A DNA stretch of 64,000 nucleotides from an uncultured Candidatus Saccharibacteria bacterium (GTDB lineage Bacteria > Patescibacteriota > Dojkabacteria > SC72). The notes beneath the pieces are model-generated. The model saw only the letters and a program-made list of their open reading frames with translations. It was not told where the DNA came from and searched no databases. The stretch is from the NCBI GenBank assembly GCA_964610125.1, contig CAZSUV010000001.1:120035-184034 (forward strand), in the 5' to 3' direction. The translations under genes and the position numbers were made by a program. This document shows positions 29,262 to 38,764 of this stretch, one piece after another. The stretch's first letter is position 1. Each line of letters starts with the position of its first letter.

Positions 29262-29633
29262 ATGGAATCAATCAAAGATCTCTTACAACAAATCAAACAA
29301 GGAGCTGATGAAAAAGCAGATGAAGCAACTACACCACAAAATACACTCTTTGATACAAAGAAATTAGCAACCAATCCAAACAAGCTATTTGATAATAAAC
29401 ATAAATATATATCCACTGAATATCAAATGTATGGACTGAGATTAGCAGCCAAATTAGATGACAAGAAACGAGCTACAATGTATATCAAATGGGCCAAGGA
29501 AAAACCAAGAGCAATACTAGAAACAGCATATAGCTTCTGTATAGACTATCCAAGTGCAAGAGATAAAAGTAAGATATTTATGTGGAAAGTAAAAGAACTA
29601 GAAGATGAAAGAAAAAATAAACCCAAAGAGTAA
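29262..29633 (+). CDS. small helical hypothetical protein
   Basis: 123 aa; ISTEYQMYGLRLA..LDD..MYIKWAK..IFMWK; divergent from the ncRNA. Confidence 0.8.
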   Translation: MESIKDLLQQIKQGADEKADEATTPQNTLFDTKKLATNPNKLFDNKHKYISTEYQMYGLRLAAKLDDKKRATMYIKWAKEKPRAILETAYSFCIDYPSARDKSKIFMWKVKELEDERKNKPKE

Positions 29634-30429
29634 TTTCAAAAATATTCTTAAACGAATAACAAAGATGTTTTTTGCGCAAGAATTTATGCACAAAGAACAA
29701 CTTCTTGTATGGATTATTGCCGATATTATAAAAATTGTTGGATTATGCTTTGTATGGAGTGCTTCTGCGAGAATGACAGGAAGTATGGATCAGGGATATG
29801 TGATTACATACTACCTATTCATCATCATAGTTGGGAAATTAATGCAAGATATTACTCCTGAAAATGGAGTTAGGCAGATTTTAGAAGGTAGATTTTCCAA
29901 TTCTCTTCTAAAGCCAATTTCCTATCTGACAGAATACATGGGTAGTAACCTCGGTTCCAACCTGTTTAGGTTAATTGTATCAGTCCCAGCATTTGGAGTA
30001 GGGATGTATGTTGCAATAAGGTTGGGATTTTGGATTACAGATTTTAATCCTTATCTTATGTTCTTGGCATTATTTGCAGTAATCATTGGTTTCTTGGTGA
30101 ATTTTTTACTTGGAAACATATTTTCATTAATTGCCTTCTACAACAAAAATATGGAAGGAATGAAGATCTTTTACTACAATATTGCGGCATTTCTCTCTGG
30201 AGAGTACATGCCTTTTGCAGCTTTGCCATTGATAGGGTTATTTGTTGTTCAAGTTTTGCCATGGAGATATACATTATCTTTTCCAATTGAAATACTTTTA
30301 GGAAGAATGACCAACTATGATATTGGGATTGGGTTTGTAATTGGTATTGTTTGGTTAATAGCTTTATATCTTCTCTATTTAATTCTCTTTAAAATATCCA
30401 TTAAAAAATATGCAGCGGAGGGAATATAG
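29605..30429 (+). CDS. ABC-2 family (DUF990-type) permease
   Basis: ILEGRFSNSLLKP, FLSGEYMP, LPWRYTLSFP. Confidence 0.85.
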   Translation: MKEKINPKSNFKNILKRITKMFFAQEFMHKEQLLVWIIADIIKIVGLCFVWSASARMTGSMDQGYVITYYLFIIIVGKLMQDITPENGVRQILEGRFSNSLLKPISYLTEYMGSNLGSNLFRLIVSVPAFGVGMYVAIRLGFWITDFNPYLMFLALFAVIIGFLVNFLLGNIFSLIAFYNKNMEGMKIFYYNIAAFLSGEYMPFAALPLIGLFVVQVLPWRYTLSFPIEILLGRMTNYDIGIGFVIGIVWLIALYLLYLILFKISIKKYAAEGI

Positions 30430-31222
30430 AACAACAATATGGAGGTATTTGAGAATATGGATATTGAACTTCAGGGCAAGTGTTAAAAAAAGTAATACGT
30501 ACAAGGGAGAGATCTTCGTTAGAATATTGCGGACCTTTTTCATCCTTGCAACCCAGGTACTTCTTAGAAAAGTAGTATTTGGAGACCAAGAATTTTATGT
30601 AGGTTGGTCAGTAGCTCAGGCATATCTTGTGATTGGAATATGGGATCTACTAAATTACTTTGGTTGGGCTTTTTTTGGAATTAATCTGACTCAATTAGAA
30701 CGAAGAGTTTTAACAGGGGAGTTTGATTTTACACTTCTAAAACCTTTGTCTTCTGGATGGTTTGCATCGTTTTACGATTTCTCAATATATAGTGCGATAT
30801 CTTCATTTTCAGGTTTCATACTTATTGGCTATTACTTCTTTGTAGAGTGGAATACCTTATCTCTTATAAATGTATTATTGGGTGTTGTTGGAATAATAGT
30901 TGGATTAATATTTTGGTATGCCTTCTATCTCTTTTTAGCTAGTTTTACACTTAGTAATCCAAGAAATGGATTTTTAACTTTAGTGAAAGAGATATTAGGA
31001 TTAACCAAATATCCAATAAATATATATACCAATGCTATTCAATTAGTATTCTATACTGTATTACCGATTGCATTTCTTAGTACTGTTCCAGCTAATTTGA
31101 TTATTGGGAGAGCAGGGTGGGCATTTCTATTAATTGGGGGTGGGTTAGCAATTCTTTTTGTTCGTTTAAGCTACTGGATATGGAAACAGAATGTTAAAAA
31201 ATATGTAAGTGCGGGAGGATAG
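30410..31222 (+). CDS. ABC-2 family (DUF990-type) permease
   Basis: GEFDFTLLKP, KYPINIY, LPIAF.STVPA, KYVSAGG. Confidence 0.85.
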   Translation: MQRREYRTTIWRYLRIWILNFRASVKKSNTYKGEIFVRILRTFFILATQVLLRKVVFGDQEFYVGWSVAQAYLVIGIWDLLNYFGWAFFGINLTQLERRVLTGEFDFTLLKPLSSGWFASFYDFSIYSAISSFSGFILIGYYFFVEWNTLSLINVLLGVVGIIVGLIFWYAFYLFLASFTLSNPRNGFLTLVKEILGLTKYPINIYTNAIQLVFYTVLPIAFLSTVPANLIIGRAGWAFLLIGGGLAILFVRLSYWIWKQNVKKYVSAGG

Positions 31223-31226
31223 GTAG

Positions 31227-32237
31227 TTATCTTTGACTATCCAGAACTTTGTGTACAGCATCTAATACTTTTTCCAGAGCTTCTTCTCCTGTTTCTGCTT
31301 TTAATGCCGAGGCCGCTGCATATTCATGACCACCACCACCTAATTCTTTCGCTATAACCCCCACATCTTGGTAGCCCTTTGTACTTCTAAATGATACATA
31401 CCAAGAATTCTCTCCATCGAAGTTAGGTTTAATTATAAATCCCCAATGTACTCCTTGAATATATCTGATATATCGATCCCTTAAAAAAGCCTGCGCCTCA
31501 TTAATACCTTGTTTAGTTAATCCATCTTTTACAATCATATCTTCGGATATATACATGTATCCCATATCCTTTTCGATTTGAAGCGTTTTAAGGTAAGAAA
31601 CAATAGCAGGAGTAGACTCTCTAGGAAATTTTCCCATCTTGTATGACATCTCTTCAATATCGATATCCATAACTTCTTTGGCTTCGGCATATATCCTCAT
31701 AGTATCTGGAGTTGTTCCTGCGAACATAAATCGTCCTGTATCTGCAACAATTCCATATTGTGTTAATTGGGATATCTCAGGAGTGATTCTGAAATTTTTA
31801 CCATACATATCTTTAAAAGTAGCAAAGGCCTGCTCTGAAGCAGAACTTCTTGATTCGTTAATAACAACATGAGCCTTGTCTGGAGCTACGTCAGTATGAT
31901 GATCTAGTATTACAATTGGTTTTGAACTATCCTGCAAGCTATCTTTGGTATAATCTAGGCATTGAGCTGTGCTCATTGCATCTACTACAACTATCAAATC
32001 TTCATCCCCCTCTTTAATCTCTTTTACAACATGAATCTCTTTCATTCCTGGAATATTTATAGTGGGGGTTTGCCTCGCCTTCATCACAACATTCATCTTA
32101 GGATATCCTAACTCAATGAATTTCTTTACCAATATCATGCTACAAAACGCATCCATATCTGGCCCCTTGTGAGTAATGATCAATATATTTTTAGATTTTT
32201 CAATCAATTGTTTAAATTCTTTGTTGTACTGTAGCAT
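31227..32237 (-). CDS. DHH/DHHA1 phosphoesterase (NrnA-like)
   Basis: THKGPDMDA, VVVD, LDHH, DTGRF, GGGH..AA; ATG 32237 preferred. Confidence 0.92.
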   Translation of the reverse strand: MLQYNKEFKQLIEKSKNILIITHKGPDMDAFCSMILVKKFIELGYPKMNVVMKARQTPTINIPGMKEIHVVKEIKEGDEDLIVVVDAMSTAQCLDYTKDSLQDSSKPIVILDHHTDVAPDKAHVVINESRSSASEQAFATFKDMYGKNFRITPEISQLTQYGIVADTGRFMFAGTTPDTMRIYAEAKEVMDIDIEEMSYKMGKFPRESTPAIVSYLKTLQIEKDMGYMYISEDMIVKDGLTKQGINEAQAFLRDRYIRYIQGVHWGFIIKPNFDGENSWYVSFRSTKGYQDVGVIAKELGGGGHEYAAASALKAETGEEALEKVLDAVHKVLDSQR

Positions 32238-32241
32238 AATC

Positions 32242-32270
32242 TTGATAATACCAAGTTTGGAGAATATAAT
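32242..32270 (+). promoter_or_regulatory. serS promoter
   Basis: TTGATA-17 nt-TATAAT. Confidence 0.75.
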
Positions 32271-32279
32271 AAACAAAGT

Positions 32280-32327
32280 ATGAAGAGATATTTTTCTAAA
32301 AATTCATCTCAGTCTTCAGTCCTCTAA
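32280..32327 (+). CDS. candidate Ser-rich leader peptide MKRYFSKNSSQSSVL upstream of serS
   Basis: ATG 9 nt after the -10 box; 5 of 15 codons are Ser; stop lies in the loop of a GTCCTC/GAGGAC hairpin. Confidence 0.6.
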   Translation: MKRYFSKNSSQSSVL

Positions 32328-32391
32328 GGAGGACAAACTAAATACTTTTCAAAATTGAATTTCAGGTTAATTAAATTAAAAAAATAGTGAG

Positions 32392-33660
32392 ATGATAGAT
32401 ATTAAAAAAATAGTTGAAGAAACAGATATTGTTAAACAAGGTTTACTAAAAAGAATGGATGAAGATAAATTGGATCTCAATGGGATTATTTCCTTGTATG
32501 AAAAACGAAAACAAATCCAAACCCAATATGATACAAAAAGAGGTGAGCAGAATGGATTCAATGAACAGATGTCAAAAGTAGAAAAGGGGAGTGATGAATT
32601 TAAGAAATTGGTAACAGATCTCAAAGCAAAAGCAGAGGAAGTTAAAGCATTGGAAGTAGAATTAAAAAATGTTGAAGCAGAATTGAAAGCTAAAATGGAA
32701 GTTTTACCAAATATTCCTGAAGAGGATGTTGTAGCTGGAGGAAAAGAAAACAATGAAGTTATAAAGATGGTCGGAGAAAAACCAACCTTTGATTTTCCAA
32801 TAAAAGATCATGTTGAATTGGGGAAAAATCTTGGTATGTTTGACTTTGAAACTGCATCTAAGGTATCTGGAACCAACTTCTCTATGTACCGAGCAATGGG
32901 TGCTAGGTTGGAATGGGCTTTGATTAACTTCTTCATATCTGAACATAACAAGTCTGGATATGAGATGGTGATCCCTCCTAATCTTGTTGTAGAACAATCT
33001 GCATATGCAGCAGGCCAATTACCAAAGTTTAAAGATGATGTGTATTGGGTACAAGATGGACTATGTTTAGTTCCAACTGCAGAAACAGTTTTAACCAATA
33101 TTTACAGAGATGATCTTTTGGAAGAAAAAGACTTACCTAAGAAATTCTTTGCATATACCCCATGTTACAGAAGAGAAGCTGGTACATACCGAGCATCAGA
33201 AAAGGGATTAATTCGAGTACACCAATTCAACAAAGTTGAGATGTATCAATTTACAGCAGAGGATAAGTCAAAGGAAGCATTTGAAGAACTAGTAGCGAAA
33301 GCTGAAGATTTAGTTAAGAAATTAGGGCTTCATTACAGAGTAGTTAAACTTGCAGCAGGCGACTGTTCTGCAGGAGCAGCTAGAACATATGATATTGAAG
33401 TATATATGCCAGCTATGGATACTTACTATGAAGTAAGTTCTGTATCCAATGTAACTGATTATCAGGCGAGAAGAGGAAATATGAAGTACAAACCAGCAGA
33501 TGGAAGCAAACCAAAGTATATGCATACATTAAATGGATCTGGATTAGCTACAAGTAGATTGATGGTAGCTTTAGTTGAAGCATATCAACAGAAGGATGGA
33601 AGCATTATTGTTCCTGAAGTACTTAGACCATTCATGGGTGTAGATAAAATAGAGATATAA
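32392..33660 (+). CDS. serS: serine--tRNA ligase
   Basis: LVPTAE, TPCYRREAG, GLIRVHQFNKVE, HTLNGSGLA. Confidence 0.98.
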   Translation: MIDIKKIVEETDIVKQGLLKRMDEDKLDLNGIISLYEKRKQIQTQYDTKRGEQNGFNEQMSKVEKGSDEFKKLVTDLKAKAEEVKALEVELKNVEAELKAKMEVLPNIPEEDVVAGGKENNEVIKMVGEKPTFDFPIKDHVELGKNLGMFDFETASKVSGTNFSMYRAMGARLEWALINFFISEHNKSGYEMVIPPNLVVEQSAYAAGQLPKFKDDVYWVQDGLCLVPTAETVLTNIYRDDLLEEKDLPKKFFAYTPCYRREAGTYRASEKGLIRVHQFNKVEMYQFTAEDKSKEAFEELVAKAEDLVKKLGLHYRVVKLAAGDCSAGAARTYDIEVYMPAMDTYYEVSSVSNVTDYQARRGNMKYKPADGSKPKYMHTLNGSGLATSRLMVALVEAYQQKDGSIIVPEVLRPFMGVDKIEI

Positions 33661-33664
33661 TCGT

Positions 33665-34228
33665 ATGAATTTTTTCTTAGGCTTTTGTCCTGATGAAAAG
33701 GCTAATCACAAAATACGGAAGGTAATAGGGGAGGTTGGAAAAGTATTTGACGGGTTACAAATTCCTGTTAGATGGAGTGATCCAGCCTCTTACCATCTCT
33801 ACATTCTCACACTTGGACATAGTCTTTCCTTTTTAAGATTGTTTTGGCTTAAATACAAACTTAAAGGTTTTACAGTTAAACCATTTAAGGTAGTTTTCAA
33901 TACGGTACATATTGGTATATCAAGGAAATACAAAGAACTAATCTATTTAGATCTCAAAGAGGGTGGGGAGGAGATGCGTGATATCCTATTCGAACTTAGA
34001 AAACGCTTAACTATCAACGATCAGGGTAAATTTATACCTCATCTTGTATTGGGTAGGGTGAGCGAGGATTTGAGCAGCCAAGAATATACCAACATTTCGA
34101 AAGATCTATACAGAGTTGCAAAAGATTTAGATATTCAACAGATTGAATTTGAAGTTACTGGATTGAAATTGATTAAGAATACTTCAACAGGTTTTCAGAT
34201 TCTTTTAGAATTGAATCAAAATCAATAG
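33665..34228 (+). CDS. 2H phosphoesterase (ThpR/LigT-like), degenerate motifs
   Basis: VRWSDPASYHLYI and KFIPHLVLGR at the two HxT positions. Confidence 0.75.
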   Translation: MNFFLGFCPDEKANHKIRKVIGEVGKVFDGLQIPVRWSDPASYHLYILTLGHSLSFLRLFWLKYKLKGFTVKPFKVVFNTVHIGISRKYKELIYLDLKEGGEEMRDILFELRKRLTINDQGKFIPHLVLGRVSEDLSSQEYTNISKDLYRVAKDLDIQQIEFEVTGLKLIKNTSTGFQILLELNQNQ

Positions 34229-35054
34229 TCCATATTGCATTCTTGTTTCGTTTAAACCAAGTGCGTTGTCTTTTGATATAGTGCATGGTGTTGGCTACAA
34301 TTTCTGACTTAACATCCCCTATCGATTTCTCATTTTCAAAATACCCATTAAATTCACTGTATCCAATTGAGTTGCATGCAGGATACTTATTCAATCCCTC
34401 TTCTCTTAATTTTTTGTTTTCTTTAATCAATCCATTTTCAATCATTTGATCTATACGTTTTTCAATTCTTACTTTTAATATGTTAGTAGGGAGATCAATT
34501 ACAAAATATTTACATGGGAAGGTAGGGGTAGTTGATTTCTTTTCTGGGAGGGAATTCCCTCTTTCAATAATTCTTTGTAATCTTCTTGGATTATTCTTGT
34601 CACTATTGTTGAGCTGAGACAATATATCTTCTGGTATTTGTTGTTGTAACTGTTGGACTGACAAATTTTCTAAAGCCCCCCTACTCTGGTTTTGTATTTT
34701 TTCAGACTGGACTAGATTGTAATTGTAAATTATTGAATCAATATACAAACCTGTGCCGCCTACAAGTATGGGTGTCTGACCTTCTGGTATGGTCTCTAGC
34801 AGTTTAAATACATCTTGCTGGTATTCATAGATATTGTAGGAATCTTTTACGGAGGTAGTACCATACAGAAAATGTGGTACTTGTGACATCTGTTCTTTTG
34901 ATGGCCTTGCAGTCCCAACATTCATCTCTTTGTAAACCTGTCTAGAATCGGCATTTATTATAACGCCATTGATAGATTGGGCTAACTTAATAGCTATATC
35001 CGACTTACCTGTAGCGGTAGGTCCAGCAATTACAATGAGAGGTCTTAAGTTCAT
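34173..35054 (-). CDS. miaA: tRNA dimethylallyltransferase
   Basis: GPTATGKS, INADSRQVY, VGGTGLY, SIGYSE, KRQRTWF. Confidence 0.97.
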   Translation of the reverse strand: MNLRPLIVIAGPTATGKSDIAIKLAQSINGVIINADSRQVYKEMNVGTARPSKEQMSQVPHFLYGTTSVKDSYNIYEYQQDVFKLLETIPEGQTPILVGGTGLYIDSIIYNYNLVQSEKIQNQSRGALENLSVQQLQQQIPEDILSQLNNSDKNNPRRLQRIIERGNSLPEKKSTTPTFPCKYFVIDLPTNILKVRIEKRIDQMIENGLIKENKKLREEGLNKYPACNSIGYSEFNGYFENEKSIGDVKSEIVANTMHYIKRQRTWFKRNKNAIWTIDFDSILKESENLLKYS

Positions 35055-35055
35055 A

Positions 35056-35565
35056 CTATTTTAAAAGCTTGTAAACCAGTAAATAGTGAAGCCATATGGT
35101 AGCAAGTGAAAGTGCTAGTGCTATTACTACTGGAACTAATATTGATGGAGTAAGAACTATAAAGGCAACGAAAAGAAGTATGCTAGAAATTGTTAATCTG
35201 AATGCATCGTTAAATACTTCGGCCTTAACCTGGGTCATATCAAAAGTTTTTTGCTTGTGATTTTGCATATAGAATCCTGTCATTGTACCAATGCAAAGAA
35301 TGGCAATGAAAAACACAATGAAAGGAATTAGTTTAAAGGTATATGTAATATCTATTTTAAAAACTAAATGGGTTACAACTAAGGTGATGAGTGTTAATAC
35401 CCCAGCAATTGCTAATGAATCAAAAGAGATATGGGCTAATTTAGCTTGTTTAGAAAATATCCATACCAAACTAGGTACTACGAGCAAGATTATTAATATG
35501 AGTATCAAGGTATTTACCTTCTCTAATGTAGTCCAGTTGTTAAAAAGATTTATTATTATATCCAT
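35056..35565 (-). CDS. membrane protein, eroded SecF-like
   Basis: About 6 TMs; downstream of the SecD-like ORF; FRLTISS resembles SecF TM5 R motif. Confidence 0.5.
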   Translation of the reverse strand: MDIIINLFNNWTTLEKVNTLILILIILLVVPSLVWIFSKQAKLAHISFDSLAIAGVLTLITLVVTHLVFKIDITYTFKLIPFIVFFIAILCIGTMTGFYMQNHKQKTFDMTQVKAEVFNDAFRLTISSILLFVAFIVLTPSILVPVVIALALSLATIWLHYLLVYKLLK

Positions 35566-35567
35566 AG

Positions 35568-36776
35568 TTATATTTTCTTCACTTTATTAATATACCAACT
35601 AGAAATTACCAAACAGAGTTTTGCTAATGCAGTTAGAATTAGCATATCTTGTGCAATGGTACTAATGAATCCATTTCCTAGGAATATGACACTTGAAAGA
35701 ATTATGAGTAAGAACAATTCAATGTAGAATACTGAGTCCTTCCCTTCTGCAATGATTCGGGTAACTATGATTGCAAGGATGGCCTCGATGGAAAGCATAA
35801 ATGTATCTACAGGGATTTGGAATATCTTTAAGAAGGCTAAATATATTGAAATGGTAAGGGTTGTAGCTAGGAATGATTTTAAAAGAATATCTGTTGAAGT
35901 AGTTTTTGAGATGAAAAGGTAGAAGTACAAAACTGCCAATGCTATCAATATGCCTAAAGCTAGTTGAACATAGTTTACTGTAGGGACATTGGTTTCTAAA
36001 TCTGTTTGTGAATCTATTTTGAAATTTGTCTCAACAACTCCAGAATTGTAAAGTAAACTCATGACTTTAATATGGTCTACATTATCAGAGGATATTGGAA
36101 TGGCAAATATCTGACTTGTTGTATCTACAATGTGTGGTGTAACAAATCCATCAATATCTACACCAATTGAAACACCATTATATTGTTTAAGGAAATTTCT
36201 AAACTTCTCTTCACCTGCTGGCCATAGTTTGAATATTGCAAAGTTTGAGTATTCTCCATTGTTTGTCTTTAACTTGGTTATATATACATTTCTAAAATCG
36301 CTCCTATCCCATTCAGTAGCATCATAGTTGGTACCAAGCATATATGCATATGTGTTTTCCCTGTCATCAAAATTCACATCCGCTTTTCTAGTTACAATCT
36401 TTACTTCGAATTTGTTAGAGATTAATTCTTTTACTAAGTCTTTATCTTTGCTTGATGTTACATCAATTCTGATCTTGCTATCCTCTACATATGTAGATAC
36501 TTCTTCAACACCGAAGCCTTTCAATCTTTTGTAAAAGATATTTCTTAAATCATTGAGTGCCTTGGTTTCTGTATTTTCAGTAGAAACTATGAATTCTTGA
36601 GACCAATATGTATTGTCTTTGAGATTAAGATTGTAGTTGGTTTGTGATATATATTTTTCGGTAAGGGGAAGCGCGATGAATATTGAAGCAAGAAAAAGTG
36701 CTGTTACAACAATTATTAATATGTAGTTTAGTAGAGGTTTAACGTTAAAGTTAAACTTCAGTTTTGGTAACTTCAT
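35568..36776 (-). CDS. membrane protein, divergent SecD-like
   Basis: TM, large soluble P1-like domain (KRLKGFGVEE..KIRIDV; GVSIGVDIDG), ~5 TMs. Confidence 0.65.
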   Translation of the reverse strand: MKLPKLKFNFNVKPLLNYILIIVVTALFLASIFIALPLTEKYISQTNYNLNLKDNTYWSQEFIVSTENTETKALNDLRNIFYKRLKGFGVEEVSTYVEDSKIRIDVTSSKDKDLVKELISNKFEVKIVTRKADVNFDDRENTYAYMLGTNYDATEWDRSDFRNVYITKLKTNNGEYSNFAIFKLWPAGEEKFRNFLKQYNGVSIGVDIDGFVTPHIVDTTSQIFAIPISSDNVDHIKVMSLLYNSGVVETNFKIDSQTDLETNVPTVNYVQLALGILIALAVLYFYLFISKTTSTDILLKSFLATTLTISIYLAFLKIFQIPVDTFMLSIEAILAIIVTRIIAEGKDSVFYIELFLLIILSSVIFLGNGFISTIAQDMLILTALAKLCLVISSWYINKVKKI

Positions 36777-36779
36777 TAC

Positions 36780-37352
36780 TTAAAGTAGGTCAGATATCTG
36801 TCCGAATATGACCATCTTATCCTTTTCTAAGATGTTCATCAAGAATGGTTCTTTCTTTTTTCTAGCAAAATCAAAATCTTCTTTAGTTATCGCACTAAAT
36901 CTGATATCTCTTTTTTGTTCTTTTTCTAATTCACTCATAGCTGTAGATAGGTCTCTAACTTTCATTGTACCAATGAAAAGAAAATCTACATCTGTGGGAT
37001 TCTCGTATTTGTTTTTAATGAAGCTCTCAGTTAACACTAGCAATTGTATTCCTTCAATTTCTTCAGCAACTTTTAGAATTGCTTTCCCAATATTTGATTC
37101 TTTGTAGAACATAGATCGAAGCTCAGGAAGGATTGGATACTTTCTGTTTAGCTTGTATACCAATTTATTTCCATCTTTCTTAGAAACCAAAAGACCTGCA
37201 TCTTGAAGATTTAATAGTTCTCTTCTTACTGCATTTATCTCTTCATCTAAGATTCTAACTAACCCTCGAACGTGGAATGATGCATTCAAATCAAGCATAT
37301 ACTGCTCGAGAATTCTCACCCTCACTTTTGAGATAAAAAAGTTTTTTAGCAT
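36780..37352 (-). CDS. winged-helix regulator with nucleotidyltransferase-like C-terminal domain
   Basis: SKVRVRIL, HVRGLVR..EINAVRRELLNL, DVDFLFIG. Confidence 0.8.
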   Translation of the reverse strand: MLKNFFISKVRVRILEQYMLDLNASFHVRGLVRILDEEINAVRRELLNLQDAGLLVSKKDGNKLVYKLNRKYPILPELRSMFYKESNIGKAILKVAEEIEGIQLLVLTESFIKNKYENPTDVDFLFIGTMKVRDLSTAMSELEKEQKRDIRFSAITKEDFDFARKKKEPFLMNILEKDKMVIFGQISDLL

Positions 37353-37373
37353 AGTTCCCCAACCTGCTTAATA

Positions 37374-38657
37374 TTATTGCTCAATTATAGCAAATTTTCC
37401 ATCAGAAGTGCCAATCATCTCGACCCATATTCTTCCTCTATTAAATTCGAGCTCTTTTCCTTCGCTATCATAGTATGTTGTTCTGTCAGTTCTTGAGGTC
37501 TTTTTCCATGTACCATATGTGATTTTGCCATCCATGAGATAGGTGGATTTGCCTTGGCCGATAGTGGTGATAATCAAGTGCCCTTTGTCATCTCCAGACT
37601 GAATCATAGATACTTCCTGTACTACAATATTTTTTGAATATACCTGTGTGTTAGTCTCTTGATCAATATCTGCTTGTCCTCCAACCTTTCTTAAGTATGT
37701 ATTGGTTGCTTGGTCATATGTCCAGATGACATTGTAAAGTCCGCTATTTATCAATCTAGTATGGAATGTTAACTCAACTTGTGTCTTTTCTCCTCGTTTA
37801 GATATCTCTGCATCAGTTTTAAACTTCCAGCTTTCAAAATTACTTGGGAAAGAATCCCAATCTAACTTTGCTGCATATTCCCACGCGTATGTAAGTGAAT
37901 TGTATTCGTTATGTGGGGCTACTCTTCTTCCATCGTTCCATCTCCATGCACCGATAGTTGCGAGATCTTTTACTCCATAGCTGTAGAGATTACCACATGC
38001 ATTGGTTCTTGGATCGTCTGAGGAAGCGCATCCATCATGGATTATGAGTGGATCATATTCACTTGCCCATTCTAGATAATATTGTCGAATACTTCTCACA
38101 GGACCTACCTTGTCTGGAACGGTACTCCAATATATTGGCATTAATCTTGTAATCCCAGCTTCAGCATTAGCTTCAATAACTACATCAGCACTGTTTAAGC
38201 CTGAAAGAGGGCGTGCTTCAGAATGGTTGTTGGTCATTACGGCAACGGGTCTTCTGGTCTTCATAATGTCCATCTCAGACTTAGTAAATAGCATTCCATT
38301 TAATGGACTAACTTCAGTTTTTGGTTCTTGTGGAGCAGAGAGTAGCGAGAGTCCTCCTTTGAAAAGTGCAGAGAGTGGATTAGAAGCTATGAAATCTTGG
38401 TTAAACGAAAGGACCTTGTTTAATGGTTGTGGTTTAACTCTGTATATTCCAAAGTAGTAGAAACCTCCAATACCTGCCAAACAAACTAATGCCACGATTG
38501 GAAATATGAAATTTCTAAATTTGAGTTTCTTCTTCATATCGGAAAGTTTTACTTCTACAATTGGAGATTCAGGCGTATTCTCAATGGGAGTTGGGGTTAT
38601 CTTTGTTTCTACAACTTCAGATTCTCCTGTGTCAGAAATATTGAACTCTTTAGTCAT
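37374..38657 (-). CDS. DUF3048 (YerB-like) membrane-anchored protein
   Basis: RPVAVM.NN..EARPLSGL..AD, EAGITR, GPVRS.R, APHN, GRIWVE. Confidence 0.9.
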   Translation of the reverse strand: MTKEFNISDTGESEVVETKITPTPIENTPESPIVEVKLSDMKKKLKFRNFIFPIVALVCLAGIGGFYYFGIYRVKPQPLNKVLSFNQDFIASNPLSALFKGGLSLLSAPQEPKTEVSPLNGMLFTKSEMDIMKTRRPVAVMTNNHSEARPLSGLNSADVVIEANAEAGITRLMPIYWSTVPDKVGPVRSIRQYYLEWASEYDPLIIHDGCASSDDPRTNACGNLYSYGVKDLATIGAWRWNDGRRVAPHNEYNSLTYAWEYAAKLDWDSFPSNFESWKFKTDAEISKRGEKTQVELTFHTRLINSGLYNVIWTYDQATNTYLRKVGGQADIDQETNTQVYSKNIVVQEVSMIQSGDDKGHLIITTIGQGKSTYLMDGKITYGTWKKTSRTDRTTYYDSEGKELEFNRGRIWVEMIGTSDGKFAIIEQ

Positions 38658-38764
38658 GGCAGTTTTACTTAATATATATCCAATATACTAGCATATCGTT
38701 TTTGACATTTAAATCTATGGAAATATTGTGGTAGTATATATAAATAATATTTTAGGACAAAACT

